Below are positions 52,690-63,756 of a stretch of DNA of 63,756 bases, piece after piece; positions within the stretch are counted from its first letter, which is position 1; each line of letters opens with the position of its first letter. Source of the DNA: Mizuhopecten yessoensis (taxonomy: Eukaryota); assembly GCF_002113885.1 (NCBI RefSeq), contig NW_018407282.1:494293-558048 (forward strand), written 5' to 3'. Under the pieces are notes generated by a model, which saw only the letters and a program-made list of their open reading frames with translations, was not told the DNA's origin and made no database searches. The position numbers and the translations under genes are program-made.

Positions 52690-55039
52690 ATTCTTTTCTC
52701 AAACTGCGACCTGCTTTTAAAAAAAACCATACCTTTCTGAAACAAGTATTTATACATATTTTCAGAAATATGGGCTTCAATGTATACTTTTCAAAACTGA
52801 ACATTTAGTTTATACACCATCCCAGTTGAACTCCTCAAGTGTACACAAAGGGAACTAGGAGCTAAATTAGGAAAACATTTTCATAGTCATTCATTTCCGG
52901 TAAAAAAAAGGGACCTATACCTGAATATTAAGTTTTTAATGAGAGCTAAAAATCTACTGTTTCAATGCAAAACACACTATTTAAATGTAATATATACTCA
53001 TGAATATCTCGGCGGAGGAATCTTAGAAGTAAACATCCCCGCAAGAAGATACATCAAGTACAACAAAGACTCCGGTAATGAGATTAAGTGCGGATGTGAT
53101 TTTGTAATGTACATTTATCAACTCTTATACTTTCTTCACTTGAAGAGAACATCTTTACACATGTCTGCCAGATTTTTGAAACATCAAGCATGATAATCCG
53201 TACTCTGATTTCCCTTTTCCTGGTACGCAATCCGCGTCATTGTCTGCCAAGAAAATAAACTGTGGTTAACATTATTTTAAAGTTCAAATTTCTGCGATAC
53301 GTCTGTGTTCTATGACAGATAAGTGTTTGTAGGGAGTGTTTCGTAGCACAACTTGGCAACAATGCGGCGTGTTACGTGTGTTTCTTATCGTAATTAAGAC
53401 GTGTGGCGGGAAACACCGGGGAGCAAAAAGACAAAAAACAGAAATTCTTTTGACTGTTGGTCTTATTGTAGCTGACAAACGTTTAACTAACGTCGATGAT
53501 GGGCTTGATTTAATGATTATGACAATCTGCAACATCTCGAGGAGAATCTCGTGGCGCGTGAGATGATGAATGACGAGAATATAGCGACATGCTAATTGGA
53601 TATAACTCAAGACACGTGAGGTTAAAGATACATAATTCATATTTCTGTCATTCTGTAATACCGTGGTATGAATTCGTCTGGAAAGACTTAACTCAGGTAA
53701 AATACCGAATGATGTTTTTTTTTTATACGAAGGCGAAAATTGTTTTTCTTATGATAATTAATGTGGTATTCATGAACGAAGACAAAAACGAAAGGTAAAA
53801 AAACAGTCACACAAAATTAATACATGTCGTATCATGAATGCATCTAGATGTACTTTATTGAAACAGGAACGCTGAAGGTCATGTACTTTATAAAAGTAGA
53901 ATTTCTGGAAAATGTACGCTAAACAAGAAAGTGACCTTTCGGTAAAATACTTTCAATGACAATGCTCAATACATAATCCCATTCTTAAAACACAATATTT
54001 GTGGAGTTAGGATTACACTTATTTAAACGAACAGGTGTATGGATTCCTACAAAGAGCGAATCGAATTCTGCAATGATACAAATTCTACATCTCGTTCCTC
54101 AAGAAGATCTGTAAGAAATTATTATAAAATGTCGGATAAAACCTTAACAAAATAAGCATCCAAACGAAACGTCCGCGCTAAGTCCCAGATGCAGACATAA
54201 ACAGGTGATTTTGAGTACCTTCTGAAAGGAGGCAAGGGGTTTCGACAATCTTGTGGCTGCTACTACTTTTCGAAACATCGGAATGAATCAAAAAGTAACA
54301 GTAGGAAATTTTAGAACGCATAACAAAGTGTCTTCGATTCCATTAATTGTGACGGCTGATAAATGGTTGCAAACACCTGTATATACTGAGGTACTTTTTC
54401 ATTAAGTGCCGTGTTCGACGATATCAAAATTTTGTACTGTCGCGTGTATCGTACAGGTAGCCAAATCATTCAAAATGACGATGCTATGTGCACACTATTT
54501 CCGTTACGGGTAACCAGACGTGCTGCAGCATTCTGGATCCTGTGCGAACGGCTAGTTGGTTTATCAGGGGGACCACAAAGCAGCATTGCATTTGTCCAGA
54601 CAAGCGGTAACAAGCTATTGCATTAAAGTTTTGCATGCGTCTTTAGTGATAGAAAGTCGAATATAAACAACGTTCGAGATCCGGTGTTAAAAGGATTTTT
54701 TAAACAGCACTGACCCGTTTCTCCGTTTTCATTTGAATATTGAAGTTTAAAATAAAGTATAACTCATATTCGATGAATCTAGGGCAAATAAAATAATACG
54801 CAAATTAAACAGTTACTATGAGATTCTTGAAAAAAACACAAGGATAATCAGACCAGGTGTTCCGGAACGGAAATCGTCTTGTGCCTCATCTACGACAACA
54901 GCCATAGGAATCTAGGTAAAATACAATCATGTCATGACTTTAAAGCGATAACTGGGATATCGACAGCAAAACAACATGACACTCTATTGAACATTATCAC
55001 AGACATCGATCCTCACGTCATACAATGAACTATGATATT

Positions 55040-55600
55040 TCCCAGAGAGGTAATAGTCTATATCGCATTTCGCAATGTTTATATAATAGCAACATTTCTT
55101 GCACTGAATGACAAGTGAAATAAGTAGTCAGCATTCCTCTCTCTGTACATCTGCTGGAGGCTGGTCAAGTAAGAATACGCCATTGTCTCCCACTATTTCT
55201 GCGCTTCTGGTTTTCAGAAGACCTGAAGGAGAACACAGTCGTTTTGCGGTGTTTTGTCTATCTGTCCTCCCCTTTCCCTGGTTTACCATTACACAATGTG
55301 ACATGAGTAGGAATATGATCACCAGCTATGATTCTCTTACTATCATTCAGAAACGAACCATCATTTGAAATTGTTCCATGAGTATCAGAGCTTCATGCAT
55401 CTTCCCTCTAAGTGACCACATCTAGTGATTGACCATGGTTGTGGCCACAGAAACCAAGTAGTTAGGAGATATGGCGACCCTCAACACTAGTTAGAGCATC
55501 ATAGTAGAAATTTGGGTCACCCTTTAGCGATTTACCCTTTGGTACTATACAACCTGCTGGTCTAGATAGGTAGAAAACTTCTCAAAAGATTCTGAATGCT
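55040..55600 (-). pseudogene. CR1/L2-group LINE ORF2 relic: C-terminal half of APE endonuclease plus linker
   Basis: Minus-strand translation with stops and frameshifts: FEKFSTYLDQQV..KGDPNFYYD (GDFNFH), HNHGQSLDVV (HxxGHTLD), AGDHIPTH (SDH), then KRRNSGRQWR...LTSLQQMYRE, like the post-endonuclease linker. Confidence 0.75.
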
Positions 55601-55683
55601 GTATCCCATGTCATGAGAATATCTGTGATCTTTGTTGGAAAATCAGGTGTCTCACACTTAAGCATTTCTGGTTGGATTATTCT

Positions 55684-55767
55684 TGGTTTGTTTGGGTTTT
55701 ACGTCCTATTAAAAGCTATGGTCATTTAAGGACATGCCATGTTTTTTGTGGCGGAGGAAAGTTCCCT
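55684..55767 (-). mobile_element. 5'-truncated SINE (tail) with 9-bp target-site duplication
   Basis: ggtttgtttgggttttacgtcctattaaaagctatggtcatttaaggacatgcc..., flanked by GATTATTCT at 55675-55683 and 55768-55776. Confidence 0.85.
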
Positions 55768-55789
55768 GATTATTCTATTCTGTCCTGCA

Positions 55790-56065
55790 AAGCATCGCAG
55801 GACATTGATATTCTGACAGTAGTAGCGCGATCTGGTTAGGAGCACGAGTTGATGACCAAGTACTGACTGAGGCAATACCAATAGACTACGAAATTGTCCA
55901 TGATGCCTAACATTGCAGGCGTTGTGACGGAATAACTGTCTTCTTTAAGAAATGCGCGAGACATATTCTGCCTTCGAGAACATGACATGCTCTGTCAATG
56001 TGGGTAATAGAGTATTCAAATGGTGTATCATATACAAGGTTCCTTTATCTGAAATTGTAAATAAA
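55790..56065 (+). pseudogene. CR1/L2-group LINE ORF2 relic: N-terminal half of APE endonuclease, opposite strand to its C-terminal half
   Basis: Plus-strand translation with frameshifts: SQDIDILTV / IWLGARVDDQVLTEAIPIDYEIVHDA*HCRRCDGITVFFKK / TYSAFENMTCSVNVGNRVFKWCIIYKVPLS, resembling DILxxTETWL...PxGY...HxPR..RGGGVA...FE...IYRPP. Confidence 0.75.
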
Positions 56066-56144
56066 CAGTATGTAAACCAGGAAGCGTGAAAATATACAGT
56101 ATGGAAACAAGGATTCAAATAGACATTATGTGAACTAAGGAATA

Positions 56145-56298
56145 CAGTAAAACCTCGTGACACTACCATCATTTGTCCAACAGAAATTTCAGCGATATAC
56201 AGGTGTTCTTAATCAAACAAGGAGAAGGGACATTGACATATGTTGGCGGTAAACGAGGTGGCAAATGAAACGAGGGGCATTGTATCGAGGTTTTACTG
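56145..56298. mobile_element. 154-bp pogo/Tigger-like MITE with TA flanks
   Basis: Perfect 13-bp TIR cagtaaaacctcg / cgaggttttactg with TA at 56143-44 and 56299-300. Confidence 0.9.
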
Positions 56299-57932
56299 TA
56301 TACAGTGAATCAGGGTCGAATGGAAATATCCCGTATGTAAACTCCCGTATGAAAATTCAGAATTGATATAAGGATATAATGAAAATATACAGCAGGCAAA
56401 TTAAGTATCGGTGGAAAAAAGTTACCATACAATTTAATTATTTCTAAAGTGAAATTGTCACATATAAACTTACTAACCTGTTGTGTAATATTTGTGTATG
56501 GTATTTTATTCAATGGACATGGACATTTTCATAACGATAATACCTTTTCAACTGATTCCGTACATGCAATATCCAATTAAATATAGTTTTCTGTAATTAA
56601 GAATCCTTTCTTTTCTTCATGAGAATATATCTTTAATGGTGGCAGGTCGTGATAGAGCTCGCTGTTAGCATTTTGTAAATGAGCTCGGTGTAGGCAGGTT
56701 GCAATGGTGTTCGTTAGAGGCACGTTGAAATATTGCCCGCTTCAATTCATTTGAAATTATCCATGATTTGCATTTTTTTTTTGTTTTTCAAAAACATGTA
56801 AGTAAGTCATACATGTTTAATGAAATAAACGTGGCGTGCGTCGTACAACATATCAAGAAAAATCATAATAAAAAACCCATATTGTATGTAATTTTCTCCA
56901 CGTTGTATCTTAGCGAACTGACACATATGCCCATCGTTTACAATATGATTCCACACGTCAGCTAATCTCAAAAAATTATTTTCACCGGTATATTGCGTGC
57001 TAAGAGGAAATATAATCATTGTAAAAACTGGATGATTTGTCTGATGAATGTGGGCGCCTCGTGCTCAAGGTAATGTGTTCCGCCAATCAGGAAATGTTTC
57101 TCAATGTCTTAAAAACGATTCGACCTTGAGCTCTTGCCTATCAATCGATATATCACATAAATCGATATAAAACCGCTCTGACAGAGTCTCGTGTAATGAC
57201 TTCTGAGTCGAATTGATTCTTATGGCACATACAAGTATACTTCAAAATATCAAGGCATGATGTTTTACACGAAACAAAAATTACGATGCTGGAGGCGATA
57301 AACCTAGACGCAAGACAATAGACTAGATTTCTTGTTTGCAGCTTTTGATTTTAGTCAACTTGTCTTAAATTTTCAAGACAAATAATGGTCAGGTGCAGGA
57401 CATTTATCACGAAATATCTCTAATATGAAGAATGGTCAAGTATGTGCCAAGTGAGATATTCCTAAGGCATTTACAATTGCGACTGCCATGTGCACTCCAA
57501 AGTACTGCCCAATACTTAGTGTATGTTCCAAGATATAAAAGCTCTAAAGGACTACCGAACGCTTATTACAAAGGTCTAAGATTTTGAAGGTAATTTGACC
57601 AACCCTGACCGAAAAGACCAACCTCTGCCATGGCTTGCTATGCTCAATTGCAGCATTTCCATGTATCTTTAACTCAGAAGCCCGTTATTCTAACTGATCA
57701 GCGTATAAAAAGCATGTAATTTGTTGATTTAGATTTCAAAACACTCGTTTATCTAAAGGGAAAAACATGTATAGTAGACCGCTACTTTTAACTGAAGAGT
57801 GATGTCACGATGGTTTGTTGTTTTAACCAGTTGTTTTAAATTGACGAGTATCACAGACATAGACGCAAAATACTCGTAACACTAAAACTTAAAGATCTGA
57901 GACCCTCACACTGAGGATGAATATATACAAAT

Positions 57933-58147
57933 GGGACTGCGGTAGCTAAGTGGTTAACTGGCATTCTGCTACCACTAGCCCGCCACCACTGGGTCGCGGG
58001 TTCGAGACCTGCGTGGGGCAGTCGCCATGTACTGGCCGTAGGTCGGTGGTTTTTCTCCTGGAAATCCAGTTTTTCCTCTACCACCAAAACCTGTCCTCAA
58101 ATGACCAAAGAAGTTTATAGGACGTAATATACAAACAAACCAAACAA
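57933..58147 (+). mobile_element. tRNA-derived V-domain-type SINE, same family as 52485-52689
   Basis: A box tagctaagtgg; shares ctagcccgccaccactgggtcgcgggttcgag exactly with the 52.5-kb copy; ggtttttctcctggaaatccagtttttcctctacca; (acaa)n tail. Confidence 0.9.
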
Positions 58148-58540
58148 GCCCATGGCCTCTATCCGCAGAGAAACTTTTCGAAAAAGAGTACCGAGATTGC
58201 TTGCCACGCTAAAGGACCAAGATTTGAAAGACTTGGTACTCAGACTGTCCGTCCTTCCATAATGGATGAATATCTAAATAAAAAGGCTTTGTTCTCTTGT
58301 TCTCTGAAGAATTGTCGCAAAACCTTGGAGCTTATAAAACTGCGAGTCGTAAATGCCTTCTAGAAGTTTCCACTGGCTTTTAATGTGGTAAAATTCGTTT
58401 TAGAGTTTTCTATGAAGAGCGAAATTGTCTTCCTAATTCACGAGAAAGCGGAAACAGTGGAGACGCTGATAGGAAACCAAAACTGATTGGTTATAACTAA
58501 ATACTGACAAAACAACCGAAAGAACAAGGACGCGTGTGTG

Positions 58541-60140
58541 CACGTGCTTGTTCTGTACTCGAGTGTTCAGGCGGGAAAGGCAATCGGAAATTAGACGACG
58601 ATCGTATTCAGATCAAATAAAAAAGGGCAATATCGTCAGCGGATTAAGTTGTATCGTCTAGACGACGTTGTAAGGTCTGGATGTGTCTTTTTTGTATGAT
58701 CTGTGATTCATTCATGAAACTTGGCATCGGTAGATTAAAGCGAGGAACACGCTGACGCTAGTGCAACTCAAACATTTTCGGTCTTCTAAATTTGTATGGT
58801 AACGACTGAGACCATTGTCATTGCCCATCCGGGTACATATCACAATACAGGTATATCTCTCAGTAAAGTCTTGAAATCGATAGGTGCAAAGAATATAGAA
58901 TTGCATCTGTAAAGTTTTTTTTTTAACTTTTTAATTTTTAATTCTGAGCTTGTTTTTATTTTAAAGAAATAATTTCCGTTGTTTAGTAGATTTTTAAATC
59001 CAAAATGATATGTATTTGCAGAATAATATATAAATCAGAATATTCATAACATGAAAACTGGTCTGAATATCTTTTTAATAACTTTCAGTCGTATTTATTC
59101 TATTATACGTAATCTACTGAAATAAATTACTGTAATTCAAATAGATGTAAAACAGCGACCGTATGCCTTTAAAATAATTTCGCATAAAAGATATTGATCA
59201 AGAGTTAACATAACAATTAAGGTGATATGGGGCACGAGCATCTTGATATGAATACCTCTACATGAATAATGTATCATATTACATAGTGAGTACGCCTCTC
59301 CCATACCGTAATGTTCTGTCTCTCCTGTACATATACATGATATAAGTTTCCCCCTATATACAATAAACAATATCATCATACAAAATGTTCATGAATGACT
59401 CGAACAGGGCCATTGAATCCGCGTAGTTTTCGTAGCAATGTTAAAAGATAGCGTAGCGTTTAAAATCAATTTAATACACGTGAGTTAATTTTTATATGAA
59501 TACCGCATCCAACCGACGAAAGCTCTCCACGTCAAAACCCCGAGATGGATACAAAGGAGAACACGGGTGTATTTTAATTGAATGTGTACCGGAGTCGCTT
59601 AGTATACAAATATAACCAGGCGGTGACTAGCAGTGTTCTATGTTCTGCGTTGCTTTAATACACGAGTATGTATACGTAGGCTATGCATGGCCACTAAGGA
59701 CCAGAGTTTAGTTAGTTTGTTGTATCTGTGCAAGCGTATATACCGACAATACATAGGAGAGACTGCGTGCATGTATGCCTGCTGGAACATTTCACTGGAC
59801 TGCCATCAAGCACGTGCATGTAATTATAATTATGTATCACGTGCATAACGACTTTTGTGTTTGCTCGTAGGCGACATTTGAAAATACTTTTTAAAAGAAG
59901 AATTATATTTATGATAGTTGTGTGTCGTTGTATGCTGTCGTGTTTCCGTTGCTGTGACCGCTTGGAGAGTCCTGCCTGTTTTCACTACCGTTGTGGTGGT
60001 ATATGTGTAGAAAGCTGTACACACACACACAGGTATAATGAATAAACGTATTCAGATACCTGGTATGATGAATTAGTCACGTGATCACCACTAAGGGGAG
60101 GAGCAGAAGAACGTTTCACACACGTGAAAAAATTCAGTCA
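58541..60140 (+). promoter_or_regulatory. E-box-rich candidate promoter with TCAGT initiator
   Basis: CACGTG at 58541, 59477, 59811, 59838, 60078 and 60121; TCAGTC at 60134-60139 immediately after the last E-box. Confidence 0.45.
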
Positions 60141-60892
60141 ATGCTCCTGGACAGACAACTCATACGCTCCGAGTGAAGATAAAAAACCCGAATCATCATC
60201 TGTCATCCGATTGTCGAATTCGGCAGCGGACCATTGTCAGTCATAGTGGATATTTACACATCAAATACAACTGGATATTTGACGCTCAAAGTGTGTGAAA
60301 CTCATTTTTGAATCAAAGAATTCACTGAATTGTGGGTCTTGTGCATTATTTGTCAATATTCACACATTTCAGTTTTTTTCTTTTACTTGCCAGTTTTGTT
60401 TTCTGGTGTCGTCGTCTGTTCGCTCGTTATAAAGCAGATGTGCTAATTTGTTAGCATCCCGAGGCAAAGGATCATCGGGAGAGTCCTCTGTTGTGATAGT
60501 ATTTCCTTGGGATACTATTAATAATTCAATCAATATATTTCAATGGAGCGCTTAAAAATTCCTATTCAGAACACGACAAAATAGGTGAATATGCATCGTC
60601 TTCATTTAAACAGTGCGGGATATTAAAACGGATCCTTCTTTCACATAAAAGGAATATAATTAACAAAGAAATATTAACACGAAGAAGAGAGACATTCGTT
60701 CATGGAGATGTTTTGCTTAGAGGCATAAAATTCCTGTTTCAAAAGAGTTGTACACGTTTTGCATTTGGTTGCAGGAGCTAGATTTCGTAATATTTTTTTC
60801 CACAATTTTGTTTGGTTCTCAGAATCATTCACTATACAGCAGAAGAGAGAGATACAGACGACAGATTTTCGACATTTGCAGACGAAAGATCG
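60136..60892 (+). other. Candidate non-coding first exon (long 5' UTR) of a gene continuing beyond the window
   Basis: Starts at the Inr-like TCAGT and ends at the consensus donor CG|GTAAGT (60893); no convincing ATG ORF; followed by T-rich intron-like DNA. Confidence 0.25.
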
Positions 60893-63756
60893 GTAAGTTG
60901 ATAGCGCTGATAAGAAGGTTGAAACCGTACGCATTTTACGTTCGTAAGTATACAGAGGTCTGTACAAAGTCATGCCATTTCGTTAGCGAACATGTAATTG
61001 CAGAAACAGTTCGGAATGTGTGAGTTCAAATATGCAATTACCATTATCAGAGTCTTGTTAAGCACCCTACATGTGCATGCATGTCTTTCACCAGTTCGTT
61101 TATTTTTTTACCAACCCGTCTGTCAAATTTGATATTTAGCCTTTACAATGTTTCTAGCGTTGTGGTTTGTATGTGTGGGTTTGTTTTGAACGTTTAATTT
61201 TAATGTTTATATTTTCACTGACGTTCGGTTTTCGTGTACTGTAAATATTAACGTGTAGTAATCAAACGATCACTTTTTCTGCATGCTTTCATGTTTTCCT
61301 ATATAAATATTATGATACGTGATGAATATTTTTATCGACATGAACCCACTCCAAACGAAAATAAATATTGCGATGTTATCGTAGCTTGTACCGCTTTACT
61401 GGGGATGCATTTCCACTCAATAACCCTAATGCATATTTTAGTGTTCATGTTTTACACCTAAGAAATAATAGATATGGGTAAAAATCCAAAATACTCGGTG
61501 CGTTCCCTAATCAATTACATAGTGACATCATTACTCATTTAATCTCTATAATTCGTTGTAGACGTGAAATAATTATTCTGGAATTCCCAAAATTGTCTTA
61601 TCTATTTCCTTAATAACTCACATTACCGTCTCTTATAAGGTAACTTTCTGTTCTATGTAATATATTACTGTCCTGATTATTTGTCATTTGTATTAAAAAA
61701 ATCGCTATATTTCGTCCTGATAAAGATCTGAAAAATTCCTGATTTATTGTTTTGAGAACATATAATGTTTTGTGGTTTTATGTTTGAAGTTTGAAAGATT
61801 TTATGGTGATATCATAATGACGGGACATGTGTTTGCAATTTTTGTGGTTTTTCCTTTATTCGTGTGATATGTTATCATGTTATCTGTTTTAAATATGTTT
61901 TTTTTTGGAGGAAGAATAAGTTACTATAAAAAGAGATCGTATGTTATTATATGAACAAGATACTTTTGTAATATAGAAAACGAATGCATTTTTTAAATAT
62001 AAAATTGAAAACGATCCTTTGAATGAACACTCGAGGTAGATAACGATCACAAACTGGTTTTAAATGTAAAACTGTTTTACGTCACATACCATCTTATCAT
62101 AGTTTTATCTTTAATTTTTTGATCTTATCTTATAAATAACAAAATAAAGGGGTCAGTTTTCGGTGCATGCGTGTTTTTTATGTTCACACAAAGCAACTCG
62201 ACGGAACCACCTATCGGCGTTACAAGGGTATGCAATACAAGTTTGCTTCCTTTCATACCGTTGGTCCTAACACGCCAGCTACTCTGAGATGTCGTTCGGT
62301 ATTTATTTGAAAAAGGAAAACTAATACTAGGTGTGTGTTTATACAAATTATTTAGGCAACACACCTGTACGTGAGCTCTGCTTCAGGTGTAAAACTCTCA
62401 GGTACGCAGAGTAGACGGTACACCTGTGCAAGGTTTGGGATCTTGGATCGCGTGACATTCCGATCCTACGTCTAAAGTAAAGAATACCTCTATTATAATA
62501 GCTCAATACCGCCCGAAATCGACGGTTTCCTATCTGTGGTCAGCATACACAACTGATTATACCAGGGTGCCCCGTGTCCGATTTACTTCGCGTGTTTATT
62601 GGTCGAAGCAGAGTGCATAGCTTTTGACACACAAGCATTGATTATAGATTCTTGTGATTGAGTCCACGTCCCCTTTTCTTCCATAGTTCTTCACTCTGGT
62701 CAGCTGATAATCTCCCTCCATTAATTGCGCGAATCTCTGGCACAATAAGCTATCTTCTGTAATGATATAGTTAGTGGAAGCTACAAACACGGTCTATACA
62801 GATCCCAATTCAAATATGGGTAGGTTTATCATGAATTGATTACCGTTTTAAAAGTATCATTACTCAAACATAAATATAAGACAGTTGTCATTTAATTCTT
62901 ATCTTTATACTTTTGCATTATTCTGATACTAATTATAAATATTTACATTTATGATCTTTTATAAAAAATAAAGCAACGACCATTTTTAAATGTGAAGTTG
63001 CACATGCTTAGCCAAGCTGACATCGTATAATGACCACTTCAAAGGTAAAAAGGAAATTGCCATCTCTGGTGATCTATTTTTATTTATACCCTCGTTGTTC
63101 TGTGCCATCTTAATCGATTATCTTGCGAGATTTTTTACTTGTTGACATGTTAAAACTGTCTGTTTATGTATGATTAGAGATACAAGACTTCAAGATAGAA
63201 AAGCGAGATATGATTTCGTTTTTGTGCTAATCTTTCGAAAATTAATAAAAAGGACGATATTACCATGTGTTTCGTATTCTGATAGTATAAGATATAGTCA
63301 ATCGTTATAAACCAACTTAATTTTGAGTAAATTTGGAGAATAATAAGATATTATTAAAGTTATTTTTATGAAAGGCATGTGTCTCGTTATCTTCCCCATA
63401 AAAATATCTTTTTAATACAATCTGATAAACGTAATTTACCACATACCCCGGATGTCACCTTGCTTAAAGGTATTAAACTCAACAACGTCCCACTTCAAAC
63501 AATGGAGTTCGAAATACTATTGAACACCTGTATTTTGCAGGTAACATCTCCACACCTGTGGTGTTGGTGATTAAATTACCTGTTTAGCGGTAATAAAATA
63601 CTTATTTTACCTGTCTAATCAGTTAAGAGTTGAACAGTATTGTTGAAATCTCGGAGGGATGACCCTTCAAACTTTGGAAACCTATAAACCATAGCTTGGT
63701 TGTTATACCCGGTTTTTAAAATTACCTGTATAGAATACAGCAAATGGCACCTGAAT

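Noticed and set aside
54848-54905. Short fragment resembling a bivalve Penelope-associated repeat (also ~8075-8110)
   Set aside because: Too short and diverged to support from sequence alone.
59857-60045. Cys-rich 62-aa ORF as a defensin or metallothionein-like peptide
   Set aside because: No ATG start, no clear signal peptide or known cysteine spacing; the cysteines come from TG-rich sequence.
1-63756. Conserved metazoan miRNAs, rRNA, snRNA or histone genes
   Set aside because: None recognised on reading; a formal Rfam/miRBase search would be needed to exclude them.

Overview
AT-rich eukaryotic DNA, most likely from a marine invertebrate; the V-, Meta- and Deu-type SINE pieces suggest a bivalve (inference). 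I find no intact host protein-coding gene, rRNA, true tRNA or CRISPR array, and nearly all ORFs in the supplied track are chance or repeat-derived. About 24 kb is satellite DNA: a 28-bp array (1-1075), a 35-bp array (~6.7-7.3 kb), a 32-bp array (~18.0-29.6 kb) with nested 64-bp, 480-bp and ~2.3-kb periodicities, and a 73-bp array (~38.1-49.2 kb) with two inverted blocks and a hairpin-bearing insert. The rest holds mobile-element relics: a 1.9-kb internally deleted DIRS-type tyrosine-recombinase retrotransposon (31113-32999), a CR1/L2-group LINE endonuclease whose 5' half is inverted relative to its 3' half (55.0-56.1 kb), several SINEs and several MITEs. CACGTG E-boxes form two dense clusters (12.4-13.8 kb and 58.5-60.1 kb); the second sits directly before a candidate initiator and non-coding first exon. 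I cannot claim a new protein-based system. The best leads are the mini-DIRS, the inverted LINE, the satellite architecture and the E-box-rich promoter. All counts and alignments were done by eye.
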